A DNA stretch of 64,000 nt, taken from contig NC_043001.1 in NCBI RefSeq assembly GCF_006345805.1, forward strand, positions 24,552,001-24,616,000. The letters run 5' to 3'. The notes under the pieces were generated by a model. The model was not told the origin of the DNA and did not search any database. It saw only the letters and a program-made list of their open reading frames with translations. The translations under genes were made by a program, and so were the position numbers. Every line of letters starts with the position of its first letter. The stretch's first letter is position 1. The stretch comes from Octopus sinensis (taxonomy: Eukaryota). This document shows positions 12,840 through 26,035 of the stretch, piece by piece.

Positions 12840-13795
12840 TTAAAGAAAGAAGAAATATAAGTGTAATAGCCTAACATATCAACTTTTTACAACATTACCA
12901 CTCTAACAGTAAAATTAATTCTGTGTTCTTAAATACCACCCAATCACATTATAGCAGTCATTTCTTAATCCAATTCAAAACTCTTTATTCCTTCCCACAC
13001 AAGCTCTGTAAGTAACTAGAAGTGATTCTCATTAGTTTTATCTATCAATATTTCACCCACTCATTCATCAATACGGTAGAACTTAATCTACTATAATTCC
13101 TATACTTTGAAGATGGCTAGTCTACGAAACTGAATGATTTGTGCGCGTTTCTTTTTTTATCTTAACATGGCAAAATATTGTGCACTCTCTTTCTCTAGAT
13201 TAACTTCTCTAGCAACATAGCATTCTCTTTCTAGACTAAACTGATTTATTTTGAAGTAGTATGAATGGCTGGACGTTACATTGGTGCATAGAATGGTCAT
13301 TCTTCTCTTTTTAGAAGAAGCAGACATAAATGGAAAACTACACCCATAATCTCTCTCTCTCTCTCTCTCTCCCTCTCTCTCTCTCTCCCCCTCTCTCTCT
13401 CTCTCTCTCTCTCTGCCCTTCATACACACATATTGCAAACAATCAATCATTTAATGGTTAACTGATTAACTAACTGACGAATAATAACGGCTTCAAATAT
13501 TGACTTAAAGTCAGCAATTTCAGGAATTTGGGTAAGTCAATTACATCGACTCCAGTACTTATTTTGTCAATCTAATACTTATTTTATCAACCTTGGTGGT
13601 ACTTGAACTCAGAATGTAAAAACAGGCAAAATGCTGCTCGATTAAATAATGATTATGAAGTGAAATAGAACCAGTACATGTTGGCATAATGACCCTCCCA
13701 AAATACAACAAAATTTGTTTCAACATATGAGTTCACATAAAAAATCTTGCAAAACAAGTACAAAAATGAAATATTTGTTTTATGGCTAATACCTA

Positions 13796-14020
13796 TTTCT
13801 TTACTACCCACAAGGGGCTAAACATAGAGTAGACAAACAAGGACAGACAAAGGGATTAAGTCGATTACATCGACCCTAGTGCGTAACTGGTACTTGATTT
13901 ATCGACCCCGAAAGGATGAAAGGCAAAGTTGACCTCGGCGGAATTTGAACACAGAACGTAGCGACAGACAAAATACTGCTGAGCATTTCGCCCAGCATGC
14001 TAACGATTCTGCCAGCTCGC
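13796..14020 (-). mobile_element. SINE family C
   Basis: Near-identical to 8895-9126. Confidence 0.8.
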
Positions 14021-14085
14021 CACCTATTTGTGGCCAGTACCTTTATGCAAACCATGCATCTATCTCTAGTTTCTGTTTTACTTAC

Positions 14086-14122
14086 CTCAACTTGTCCTTG
14101 ACCTTAACCCAAAGACACAAAC
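14086..14122 (-). CDS. Candidate 37-nt exon (GLCLWVKVKDKL)
   Basis: TATATTAAAG acceptor, GAG|GTAAGT donor, one open frame, phase-compatible with 5840-5894. Confidence 0.2.
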
Positions 14123-14193
14123 CTTTAATATAATATTGAGGAGTACATTCCCACCAAGGAAAAATTCAGTGCCCTTAAGAATACACTTGTCTC

Positions 14194-14227
<34 letters not shown>

Positions 14228-14390
14228 GAAAGGTTTTAGTCAAAGAAATTGACTCTAGTACTTATTCTAACTATGTTACTTATTCTTTTGGTCACTTTCA
14301 TCAAACTCATAAGTTACGGGGATGTAAACAAACCAACGACGGTTGTCAAGTAATGGGAGGAAAAACAGAGACACCAAAGCTTACACACAC

Positions 14391-14427
<37 letters not shown>

Positions 14428-14904
14428 AGGCTTCCAAAAGTTTCCATCTTCCAAAATCACTCACGAGGCATTGGTTGGTCCAGAGGTATAGCAGAAGACA
14501 TTTGCTCAAGGTGCTGCACATTAGGACTGAACCCAAAATCACATGATTACTAAGGGGACTTCTTAACTTCACAGCCATACCTGTGCAGCAAAAATCAATC
14601 CATTTGCCATGTCCACCTGAGTACTGATTAATAGATTTGCTAATGAAAGACTATATTGTAAATGGCACAATTATTTACATCACACAACCCCAAAGTATAT
14701 TTCTTGTACAGTGGTTGCTATTACATTTTCTGCTATTTCATGATGTGGCTGTCGAAACTAGCAACTATAATGACAATAACATCATCAATTTATGATGTAT
14801 ACTATATAATGACCTCAGAGAACCAGTCTTTTTGCTTATGGAGTATAAGGAGAGACCAAAAGTACTGCCACATTGCTTATTACTAAGGTAAAGACACCAT
14901 TTGG

Positions 14905-15123
14905 TCATGAATGACAATGGGATTGCACCTAGAAAGTTCCCCTCCAAGGCAGAAGTCCAGGCAAGGTTGTTTATGGAAGACCAACAGCTGTCCATGCATG
15001 TCAGCCTCCTCTCTCCATGCCACTGATGTTGTCCAAGGGAAAGGCAAAGGCCGATACAGCTTGGCACCAGTTACATCACAATTCATTTCTGCAGTCAAGC
15101 AAACTGGAGCAATGTGAAAATAA

Positions 15124-15170
<47 letters not shown>

Positions 15171-15545
15171 TGAAATTATTGTATACAGTGCTCAGGTGCA
15201 CCACAACTTGTCAAAAGTTTCAATGTGTCCATGCCCAGGGAAGTAAGGCGTTCAGAATATGTCAAATGCCTGATGGAGGGTATTCTCTTGGTTGCACATC
15301 GCTGAACGGCTTCCAGACGATTAATATCCTGGGCAAGATAGGGGTTCCAGACCGGTAATGCAAATTCCAGGTGAGGTCGCACCATAGCTGTATAAAGCTG
15401 CAAATAGACAGCCGGAGAGCGGCTCACAAAGGAAATAAAGTGTCTTGCTCAAAAACACAACACATAGTCCGGTCTGGGAATCAAACTCATTACCACATGA
15501 ATGTGAGCCCGATGCTCTAACCACTGAGCCATGTGCCTTCACATG
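14905..15545 (-). mobile_element. SINE family D split by a CR1 insertion
   Basis: Consensus GCAATGTGAAATAAAGTGTCTTGCTC is broken at ~15120 and resumes at ~15432. Confidence 0.7.
15121..15431 (-). mobile_element. CR1-clade LINE 3' fragment with an internal deletion
   Basis: LYTAMVRPHLEFALPVWNPYLAQDINRLEAVQRCATKRIP = CR1/L2 RT C-terminal region; (TTA)n tail. Confidence 0.85.
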
Positions 15546-16087
15546 CTTATTAATTATAAATCACTATACCACCTGTTCTTAGTACTCTGCTATATTTATT
15601 CATTTTGTAAAGTTAAGAAGCTTGCTTCCCAGCTATGTGGTCTTGGATCAGTGTTACCACGAAACACCTCGGACAAGTATCTTTTTATTTAGGCCTTCTC
15701 TGACCAAAGCATTGTGAGTGGATTTAGTAGATGGAAACTGAAAGAAACTCATTGTACACCTGTATAATATGTATGTGTGGTTATTCTTTGAGTTTTATTT
15801 AAGTCTTCCTTGAGAGCGTTCAAGCCGGTTGCTAACAGAGCAACAAGACTTGAGTTGAGAGAGTTCTTGGTGTTTCTAAATATGTGAATTGAGTCAGTGT
15901 TTTGGTTGAACAGTCAATGCATAAACCCAAATGTGTGTGTTTATTCACATATGTATGAAGATATGCATGCATATATACATGTATGTATGTATGTATGTAT
16001 GTATGTATGTGCATACCATTGTCTTGACATTGTGACGATTGTAAATGAGCATCACCATTGTAGAAACGATGTTATTTGTTTAGTCTT

Positions 16088-16400
16088 TGTGGAGGTGCAA
16101 TGGCCCAGTGGTTTGGGCAGTGAACTCGCGGTCAGAGGATTGCAGTTTCAATTCCCATACCGGGCGTTGTGTGTGTTTATTGAACAAAAACACCTAAAAG
16201 CTACACAAGACTCTGGCAGAGGGTGGTGGTGACCCCTGTTGTACTCTTTCACCCCAACTTTTTCTCACTCTCTCTTCCTGTTTCTTGAGTAATGCTGCGA
16301 TGGACTGGCGTCCCGTCCAGCTGGGGAGTAACATATACACCACAGAAACCAGGAAACCGGGTCCATGAGCCTGGCTAGCCTTGAAAAGGGCGCATAAATA
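16088..16400 (+). mobile_element. SINE family D variant
   Basis: tRNA-like head, matches 46790-47105. Confidence 0.75.
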
Positions 16401-17269
16401 AAAAAAAAAAGTCTTCCTTGAGCATGTCTGAGCATAGGGAAATATTACCTTTCTTGGAAACAAATAAGGGTTGGTGACAGGAAGGGCATCTGGCCATGAA
16501 AAATCTACCTCATTGAATTCCATCTGATCCATGCAAGCATGAAAATATAACCGTTAAAAGATGATGATGATGATTGATTGATTGATTGATTGATGGTACT
16601 TTGTATAGAAGGGTTTTTCTGGCATCAGTAACTAAACACCATTTGCCTAGTTTGGTTTGTTTATGGTGAATCGACAGTTATGATGTCTCACATGTTATTA
16701 TGTTATAGACACCATCTGTTAGCCTGTTTGCTGTCAGTTTTGTTATTCGGCTGACAATACCTTGCCATGATGCTAAACAATGACAATTAAGCAGATAAAA
16801 AAAAGAGACATACGCAATTAGTTACAAGCTGCTAGTTGTTGAAATTATTTTGCAACTGGGCAGCTGAGCGACAGTACAGACCTTCAGTACATCGACTGAA
16901 AAATACCTTGCAGCTAGAAAAAGCTGGAGGTTCTTGATAAAATGTGAAAAAGAAACATTGATTTTGTTATAAAGAAGCAGAGTTCTCGCAAATGAAGGAA
17001 TCTAAGGCAAGGGGAATGGCAGAAAAGGAAAATAGATCAACTGATGAGGCTGTCAGATATTCATTGTGGTGATACCATTTAACAAAGAATCATGATCTAA
17101 ACATGAGAGTAAATACCAGGATTATACAGAAATGCCTAAAGAATATGACTCATGGAGTTTTATGAACAGAAAGGAGAAAAATTCTGTAATCACTGCCAGG
17201 AAAGAAACAAATTATGAATAGGAAATATTGATGAAGTGCTGTTAATATCCATTATTAATAATATGTATA

Positions 17270-17585
17270 GGAGCACTTCGTCAGTTACGACCACAAGGGT
17301 TCCAGTAGGCCCGATCAACAGAACAGCCTGCTCATGTATTTAACGTGCAAGTGACTGAGCAATCCACAGACACGCGTACCCCTAATGTAGTTCTCAGGGA
17401 GATTCAGTGTGACAAAAAGTGTGACAAGGCCAGCCCTTTGAAATACAGGTACAACTCATTTTAGCCAGCTGAGTGGACAGGAGCAATGTGAAATAAAGTG
17501 TCTTGCTCAAGGACACAACGCTGGGAATCAAACTCACGACCTATCGTAAGTCAAATGCCTTGACCACTAAGCCACATGCCTTCAC
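17270..17585 (-). mobile_element. SINE family D variant
   Basis: GGAGCAATGTGAAATAAAGTGTCTTGCTCAAGG core and reverse tRNA-like head. Confidence 0.65.
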
Positions 17586-17756
17586 ATGTAAAATTATTGT
17601 AAATGAAAGGGTCAAACAATGACCATAAAAATAACTGGACATTAAGAGACTCCACTGTACCATTGATTTGGTCTACTGTGCAAACAGCACAAAGCTTCAG
17701 TCTTTACCATTTTTTGAAATTATCCCACCTTGTGTCATGTTTTCATCTATTAGAAA

Positions 17757-17957
17757 GCAAGCTGGCAGAATCATTAGCACAACGAGCAAAATGCTTCGCA
17801 GCATTTCTACCACCTTTACATTCTGAGTTCAAATTCTGCCAAGATTGACTTTGCCTTTCTTCTTGGGGTCAATAAAATAAATACTAATTCAACTCTGGAA
17901 TTGATGTGAACATCTAATTTCCTCCCTCAAAACTGCTTGACCTTGCACCAAAAATCT
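17757..17957 (+). mobile_element. SINE family C
   Basis: GCTGGCAGAATCATTAGCAC..TTCTGAGTTCAAATTCTGCC. Confidence 0.7.
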
Positions 17958-18340
17958 TAAGCCAGGGATGTAACCAGCCCACTTGTGCATACCATCCCTT
18001 CATTGGACACTGCTTGCAAAGACCTGTTGAGGCAAGTGAAATTGGAATCGAAATCAAATTCGATGACTGGCATCCATGCTGGTGGAGCTAGTGGAGCACT
18101 AAGGGCACCATCCATGCATGATCGTTGCCAGTACCGCCTGACTGGCCCTCGTACTGGTGGCACATAAATGGACCCACTACACTCTTGGAGCGGCTGGCGT
18201 TAGGAAGGGCATCCAGCTGTAGTAACTCTGCCAAATCAAGATTGGAGCCTGGTGCAGCCATCTGGTTTGCCAGACCTCAGTCAAAATCGTCCAACTCATG
18301 CTAGCATGGAAAGAGGATGTTAAACGATGATGATGATAAT
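17958..18340 (+). mobile_element. RTE 3' UTR (family A)
   Basis: Colinear with 52030-52505; (GAT)n tail. Confidence 0.8.
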
Positions 18341-18829
18341 GATTGTTATTAATAACTAAATGTAGGGACTTCAGCAAGTTGTGGTACTTTCAAGAAGCAT
18401 ATTTCATGTGAGTCCTAACAGGCATATGTGATATGAGTGGCACTTTCTCTCTCACACAATTTCTCCGAATATAATGGGACCATTGGTGCATGTCACTGAC
18501 CTCCATAGAATGTGGTAAAGGATAATGGGTGCACAGATAGTCAGAACTTTGTAGTATTTCTAAAAAAAACACTTACAGAGATAATTGGAATGGAAAATGG
18601 AAAAAAAAAAACCCATGTTAACAATTCATAGAGAGCATGTCCAGCAGCGCTGTACTAAGTGTTGTTAATGCTAAACTATTTTATCCCCAATTACATATTT
18701 TTAGAAAAATAAATCGTTAATTATATGCCGTTAAATCATCAAAAACATTTTTTCTCCAAGATGTATCTTGCTAATTACAGGGTGTGTTTTATTGCATATA
18801 ATTTCATGAGTTAAGAAATAAGACATATA

Positions 18830-18883
18830 TGTTTATATATAAATATATTTATGGATCTATATCTATATTTATCTATCTATCTA

Positions 18884-18924
<41 letters not shown>

Positions 18925-19007
18925 GTGTATATATATATGTGTGTATATATCTATATATATGTATACACATATATATATATATGTATATATGTATATGTAT
19001 ATATGTG

Positions 19008-19095
<88 letters not shown>

Positions 19096-19187
19096 ATATA
19101 TATACACATATATTTATGTGTGTATATATGTGTATATATATATATATGTGTGTATATATATATATATAGTTAGATATATATATATAT

Positions 19188-19231
<44 letters not shown>

Positions 19232-19240
19232 GCATGTATA
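18830..19240. repeat. (TA)n/(TATG)n compound microsatellite
   Basis: Direct reading. Confidence 0.95.
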
Positions 19241-20515
19241 TATGAAGAGAGTGAGAGGGACAGTGAATGTGAAAGGTAGAAATTACCTTTACATAATGTG
19301 TAACATTAGAATCACGAAATTTAATATATTTAATATTCTAAAGTATAAGTTCAAAGTATAAACAGACTTGTGGAAATAATCAAATTTCTTGGCAAACATA
19401 CCCACACATATACACACATGCACACACATTCAAATACACACATGCACAACATACAAGTACACACACACACACACATTAAGAGAAAGAGAGAAGGGAAATG
19501 ATAGTGAGAGAGGTAGACAAATTTATTTAGAGAGAAAGACAGACAGGCAGAGAGTATAGTTGTGCAATGAGGAAGACTATTAATATATATATATTAATTT
19601 ATTTTGTTTCTGCTGGTGAATCAGCCATTTCAGATCTCTTTCCAACATGTTCATCAGTGAAAATGTGTGTGTGTGAGTGTGTGTTTAAATATACACACGC
19701 AGACATATAATATATGCATGCATATATTCACATAGGTACATATAATATTTTTTTATGTAGTGTATATTAAACAATGAAGTGCTCTATATAGGCTTAATAC
19801 AGTGTTTGCTGTTAGTTAATGAGTATAAGAAACTAAATATTAAAACCAATGATGAGGTTTGTCACACATTTTTGAGTATAATACATTTAGCTGTTTTTAG
19901 TCAACATAGTACAAAGGTAAGAACTCAAATGATAATTGTTAATAAATAACCAGTTATGTGATATACAACTCTGAAGTAGTCATCTGTCTGGATAAGTAGA
20001 ATTTTATGTGCACAAATCTCATCCTATGGCAGCTGGTGGACATTAGCTCTGACCTTCTTTTGTTGGAAGATAGTCGATAACGCATTTCATGTAAATATAT
20101 TACTGAACATCCATATATCCTATATGTGTTATAATGATAGCGGTGTTATTTATTCTGGAGCAGTACTCAAAAGAGCTGGTGTATGGTTAAAGGTCTTTTG
20201 GAATTAGTTTTGAATTTATCTTTGCAATAATTTTGGTCTGACATTGTGTTTTGAAACTAATATTGTTATATTAGGAAAAAGTTATGATTGCTAAAACCTG
20301 TAAACACACTGACCAATTGTTTCTCTGTAGTAAACTTCATTTACTTTTCCAAATTAGTACTCCAAATTATTTTTCAAACACCATTAGATTTTCTCCTTTA
20401 AAAGAAAATTTATACTCATTAATTTAGGGGACCGTTTGGCAAGGTTAATAAGCTCATTTTTCGATCATATTGTTTCAAGCTCAGTCCTGCTGCATGGCAG
20501 ATTGGAAAAGTATAA

Positions 20516-20926
20516 GGAGAGGCATAGTTGCGTGGCAAGAAGCTTGCTTTTTGACAACATAGTTCTGGTTTCAGTCCTACTCTGTGACACTTTGAGCAAG
20601 TTTCTTTTTCTATAGTAGCAGGCTGACCAAAGTCATGTGAGAGGATTTGGTAGATGGAAACTTAATGAAACCCATTGTATGTATATATATATGTACGTGT
20701 GTGTGTGTGTGTATGGAGGGGGGCATTTGTGTCTGTGTTTGTCCCCCATCACTACCTGACAACTGGTGTTAGTGTGTCTACATCCTCATAACCTAGCAGT
20801 TCAGCAAAAGACCCCAATAGACTAAATACCTGGTTTTAAAAAAATATGTTCAGGGGTCAATTCATCTGACTAAAAATTCTTGAAGATAGTACGCCAACAT
20901 GGCCACAGTCTAATGGCTGAAACAAA
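20516..20926 (+). mobile_element. SINE family B, diverged, with its tail split by a Helitron
   Basis: GAAACAAA|Helitron|TAAAAGATAAAAGA. Confidence 0.7.
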
Positions 20927-21315
20927 TCTCTTTATATAAAGCTGAAGTTGTCTGTGTATGGCATGTTTGGTAGCCTTCAACTAACTCTATCTCCTCCGAG
21001 ACCCTGTGGCGCAAGTTGACCAAAATTGAGAGTATGATAGAAGAAGGCTTGCTCTTCATTCTGTAGAAGTTAAAATTCAAATCGGACCGTGTTAACACCA
21101 AAAATTATTTACATCAAAAGGGTGCTTTTTTCTATGAAAATCCCTATTTTTCACGATTTTTTTACTGCTGTGTCGCCATTTTTTGGTGTATTTCAACCAG
21201 AAAAATGTTCACTTAAAGAGAATAACAAGCTACATAATGCAAAATTTTTACTTTTCAAAAATTCCAATTCTAAAGGGTCGAAACAAACCCGAGCAACGCC
21301 GGGCGATACTGCTAA
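20927..21315 (+). mobile_element. Helitron alpha
   Basis: A|TC start, hairpin, CTAA|T end. Confidence 0.8.
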
Positions 21316-21704
21316 TAAAAGATAAAAGATCACCAAGAAACGGTTTGCTTTTTTGCCAGTAGATGCCCCCAATGAATTTTTAAATATACAGGAGTAAGTA
21401 AAAAATAATAGATAAAAGACAAGCAACTGGTGTGAGTACTTGAAGGCTTTATTAATCATAACTCTTACCAAATGTAAAAATGTTTCTAAATTGGATCTTT
21501 GTCATGGCAACGCATGAGTTACTTTTTGTTTGCCATCTATAACGTCGACATGGTAGATGAGGTTTCATTACAGACAGGAAATATTTGTAATGTTCTTCCA
21601 GTTGTTGCCTTGGTTCCTTTCTATACCAGTGAGTTTATTCAGTATGCTAGATTTTTCTAGACAGGTCACCTTCACTCCAACATACCTGTTCTTGTTGGTT
21701 AGTA

Positions 21705-21754
21705 ATTGGAATAAAGTGCTATACATGAAAAAAAAAAAAAAAAAAAAAAAAAAA
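21705..21754 (+). mobile_element. 50-bp polyadenylated retro-insertion
   Basis: AATAAA at 21710, A27 at 21728-21754, direct repeat GGTTAGTA at 21697 and 21755. Confidence 0.6.
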
Positions 21755-22170
21755 GGTTAGTAGAATAAGCAGGTGGGTTATAGGAAACTGAAGATTAATG
21801 AGACAAGCTAGGTTGCATAGCGGAAATAAAGGATATGATGAGGCAAATTCCAAGATACCTAAGTTCATTGGGACAATAACAAAAACAAACAAAAAAATGA
21901 ATGAAGAGAGGAAGTTATCTGATGATATCCAAGTTTAAATAACTTAGCACTGGCGATTTTTTATGTGGTGTTAAATAGCTGGCTGCCAGGATGGCCCATA
22001 GGTTTTGTGAAGTGGTAGTTTTTATAAAAGAGTGAAACAACTTTACCACTCAGCTAATGACATCGTAGCACGGCAACATGCTCCTAGTTAGTAGGCTGTT
22101 CATGTATTTGCTTGTGGGTGTATGAGTGCATGTGTGTGTTTGTGTGCGTCTGTGTATGTGTGTATATGTA

Positions 22171-22545
22171 TTTTTATTCTTTTACTTTTTCAGTCATTTG
22201 ACTGCGACCATGCTGGAGCACCGCCTTTAGTTGAATAAACCAACTCCAGGACTTATTTTTTTGTAAGCCTAGTACTTATTCTACTGGTCTGTTTTGCTGA
22301 ACCGCTAAGTTACAAGGACGTTAACACACCAACATCAGTAGTCAAGCGATGGTGGGGGACAAACATAGACAAACACATACATATACAACGAGCTTCTTTC
22401 AGTCTCCATCTACCAAATCCACTAACAAGGCTTTAGTCAGCCTGAGGCTATAGTAGAAGACACTTGACCAAGATGCCACACAGTGAGACTGAACCTGGAA
22501 CCATGTAGTAGGAAAGCAACCTTCTTACCACACAGCCATGCCTGC
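22171..22545 (-). mobile_element. SINE family B
   Basis: Matches the family consensus. Confidence 0.8.
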
Positions 22546-22672
22546 ATCGATATATATATCCACTCCGGATATCCTTGTTCCTTATTTTGATTTTAATCAC
22601 CTTATTTTGAAATTGTATGGGCAATACCGTACTAAATTCTGCTACCTCAACTTAAGTACTATATTCATCTGA

Positions 22673-22704
<32 letters not shown>

Positions 22705-22713
22705 CTCTCTCTT

Positions 22714-22744
<31 letters not shown>

Positions 22745-22748
<4 letters not shown>

Positions 22749-23075
22749 TATAGATATAGGGTAAGGAATTATTAATTAATAAATTATACCGAGTAGTTCG
22801 GTATGGAAAAAACCATTATCGGTAAAAACTTATACAAAAAGTTTTTTTATAATTATAAACATAATTAAGGGATTAGAAAAAGTTGCTTCACCACATATCG
22901 AAATTTGGAAATAGCAGTCAAAACTACTAATTCTTCAACTACAATATATCTCCACAGACAGCAATACTCGTAACTCACATAGGCAAAAAGAAGAAAGAAA
23001 ATAACGAAATTAACCAGCCTTTAGTTAATCATGTATGCGTTTCGGGATTAGAGTTGTGTAAAAATTTTTATTATG
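22745..23075 (-). mobile_element. Penelope-like end fragment (same family as 26385-26715), truncated by a MITE
   Basis: Colinear with the 26.4-kb copy; retains the GAAACGCATA half of the hammerhead-like motif; abuts (TA)n. Penelope assignment is inferred. Confidence 0.45.
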
Positions 23076-23260
23076 GTATTTTAACATTAAAGAAATATTT
23101 TGTAATATTCATGAAGTTCAGTTAGCGATCTCATACATTTGTAGTAATCATCAGATTTCAAAATGTATTTAACTGACAGTTGAGCTCTTGATCTCAACTG
23201 TATGAAAGTGCTAATTGAGCTTTATGAACATTACAAAATATATTTTTAATGTTAAAATAC
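23076..23260. mobile_element. AT-rich MITE with ~51-bp TIRs
   Basis: 23076-23126 is the imperfect inverse of 23210-23260. Confidence 0.6.
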
Positions 23261-23374
23261 TGTATCAAAAGCATGAAAACAAGACCATGTTTTAACATTA
23301 TTCAGCTGATATAGTATTCTTTACAGATTCACACAAATTTGGGGGAAAAAAAAAAATATATATATATATATATA

Positions 23375-23543
23375 GGAGTGGCTGTGTTGTAAGTAGCTTG
23401 CTTACCAACCACATGGTTCTGGGTTCAGTCCCACTGCAAGGCATCTTGGGCAAGTGTCTTCTACTATAGCCTCAGACCAACCAAAGCCTTGTGAGTGAAT
23501 TTGGTGTACAGAAACTAAAAGAAGCTCATTGTATATATGTATA

Positions 23544-23599
<56 letters not shown>

Positions 23600-23793
23600 T
23601 GTGTTTGTCCCCTTAGCATTGCTTAACAACCGATGCTGGTGTGTTTATGTCCCCGTCACCTAGCAGTTCAGCAAAAGAGACCAATAGAATAGGAACTAGG
23701 CTTACAAAGAATAAGTCCTGGGGTCAATTTGCTCGGCTAAAGGTGGTGCTCCAGCATTGCCACAGTCAAATGACTGAAATAAGTAAAAGAGTA
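23375..23793 (+). mobile_element. SINE family B, full length
   Basis: Head to AAAAGAGT tail, internal (GT)n. Confidence 0.85.
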
Positions 23794-24303
23794 AAAAACG
23801 TATACCGTAACAAAATAACGTGAAAACCAGACCATGTTTTAGCATTATTCAGCTGATATATTATTCTTTACAGATTCACACAAATTTGGAAAATAAAATA
23901 TATATATATATATATATATATATAGATAGATAGATAGATAGATATAGACATATGATGTGTAAACTGCAGGAAAATCCAATAATATCTAGGTCCCTAATGT
24001 CAAACATAAAATTCATATTGGAACTTTTAATAAATATTGTATTAAAACTATTTCCGAAACAATATGCCAGGCAAAAAGCAAATATTTTGGAAAATGCTAG
24101 ATTATTTATGATGTAAACATAGATGTATAAACATTGTTTAAAAAAACATTAAGTACGTGACACTAAATCCTCAAAAGACAAAAGTCACTGCAATGAAAGC
24201 AAACTGTAGAATTTTGTTTTTATAGTGGCAGGGGAGAACTGTTTTATCAGTTTGCGTGTGTGTGTGCGTGTGTGTGTGTGTGCATGTGTGTGTGTATACA
24301 TAT

Positions 24304-24537
24304 ACTCTTTACTCTTTACTTGTTTCAGTCAGTTGACTGTGGCCATGCTGGAGCACTGCCTTTAGTCGAGCAAATCGGCCCCAGGACTTATTCCTTGTAA
24401 GTCTAGTACTTATTCTATCCATCTCTTTTGCCGAACCGCTAAGTTACGGAGACGTAAACACTCCAGCATCGGTTGTCAAGCGATGTTGGGGGGACAAACA
24501 CAGACACACAAACATACGCACACACACACACACACAT

Positions 24538-24580
<43 letters not shown>

Positions 24581-24722
24581 TATATATGACGGGCTTCTTT
24601 CAGTTTCCGTCTACCAAATCCACTCACAAGGCTTTGGTCGGCCCAAGGCTATAGTAGAAGACACTTGCCCAAGATGCTATGCAGTGGGACTGAACCCGGA
24701 ACCATGTGGTTCATAAGCAAGC
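24304..24722 (-). mobile_element. SINE family B
   Basis: Matches the family consensus. Confidence 0.85.
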
Positions 24723-24732
24723 TGTTTATTAT

Positions 24733-24790
<58 letters not shown>

Positions 24791-24798
24791 CATATATT

Positions 24799-24839
<41 letters not shown>

Positions 24840-24841
24840 TT

Positions 24842-24879
<38 letters not shown>

Positions 24880-25377
24880 CATATATTATACATATATATA
24901 TATATATTTGAATATATATGCATAAACACACACACACATATATGTGCATAATACATAGATCTATATGCATATATGTTTGTGCATGTGTATATATATATGT
25001 GTGTGTGTGAGAGAGAGAGAGAGAAAGAAAGCCCAGCAACGATTTCATTTTGTGGTTAAAAAATAGTGTCTCAGCAGACTATTTCATAGTTTGTTGACTG
25101 TTCTTCCAAGAATAGACAAGATCAGTTTCCTCCCCCAATCAGACACATAACATTATTTACATTTATTCCAGTTCATCTGATTCGTACTGTGTTTTACATA
25201 AAAATGCATTATATATACATATACATGTGTGTGTGTCTGTCTGTGTGTGTGTCTGTGTGTGTGTGTGTGCACATGTGTGTCTTTGAGTATGTGTACCTTT
25301 GATTTGGCATCATTTGATGGTTGTAAATGAGTATCATTGTCATACAAGTGGGGTTGTTCATGTAATTGACTTCACCC

Positions 25378-25762
25378 CACCTCTAAAATTGTTGGCCTTG
25401 TACCAAATTTTCTCCTGAAATTGTTGGTCTTGTGCCAAATTTTACCCTGAAATTGCTGGCCTTGTGCCAAATTTTCCCCTGAAATTGCTGGCCTTGTGCC
25501 AAATTTTCCCCTAAATTGCTGACCTTGTGCCAAATTTTCCCTTGAAATTGCTGGCCTTGTACGAAATTTTCCCCTGAAATTGCTGACCTTGTGCCAAATT
25601 TTCCCTTGAAATTGCTGGCCTTGTACCAAATTTTCCCCTGAAATTGCTGACCTTGTGCCAAATTTTCCCTTGAAATTGCTGGCCTTGTATCAAATTTTCC
25701 CCTGAAATTGCTGACCTTGTACGAAATTTTCCCCTGAAATGTTTGGCCTTGTACCAAATTTT
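25378..25762. repeat. 32-bp minisatellite, ~12 units
   Basis: Unit TTGTGCCAAATTTTCCCCTGAAATTGCTGGCC. Confidence 0.95.
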
Positions 25763-26035
25763 CAAAATAATATTCAGTTATATTCCTGTATTTTAAAATC
25801 CCACCCAGATTAATTTTCACTTTTCATCCTTCTGAAGTCAATAAAAGGTACATACATTCTCAAAGTATTAACATTGATATTATTATTGATATTACAACTC
25901 TGAAGACAGTGTTAGAGCAGGGTCACAAAATCAATGATTGAAACCAGTTTCATATATTTTTTTTCTTGTTTGTGTGTGTGTGTGTGTGTATAATCATTTC
26001 CTCATCAAAAATGTATGTATATAATCATATGTATA

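Noticed and set aside
14711-14888. Plus-strand exon candidate with a single in-frame TGA (selenocysteine?)
   Set aside because: No selenoprotein motif or SECIS evident
25372-25820. Repetitive ORFs (LAQGQQFQGKI...) and a CRISPR-like look
   Set aside because: The 32-bp unit is not a multiple of three and cycles through frames; the units are contiguous with no spacers and no cas genes
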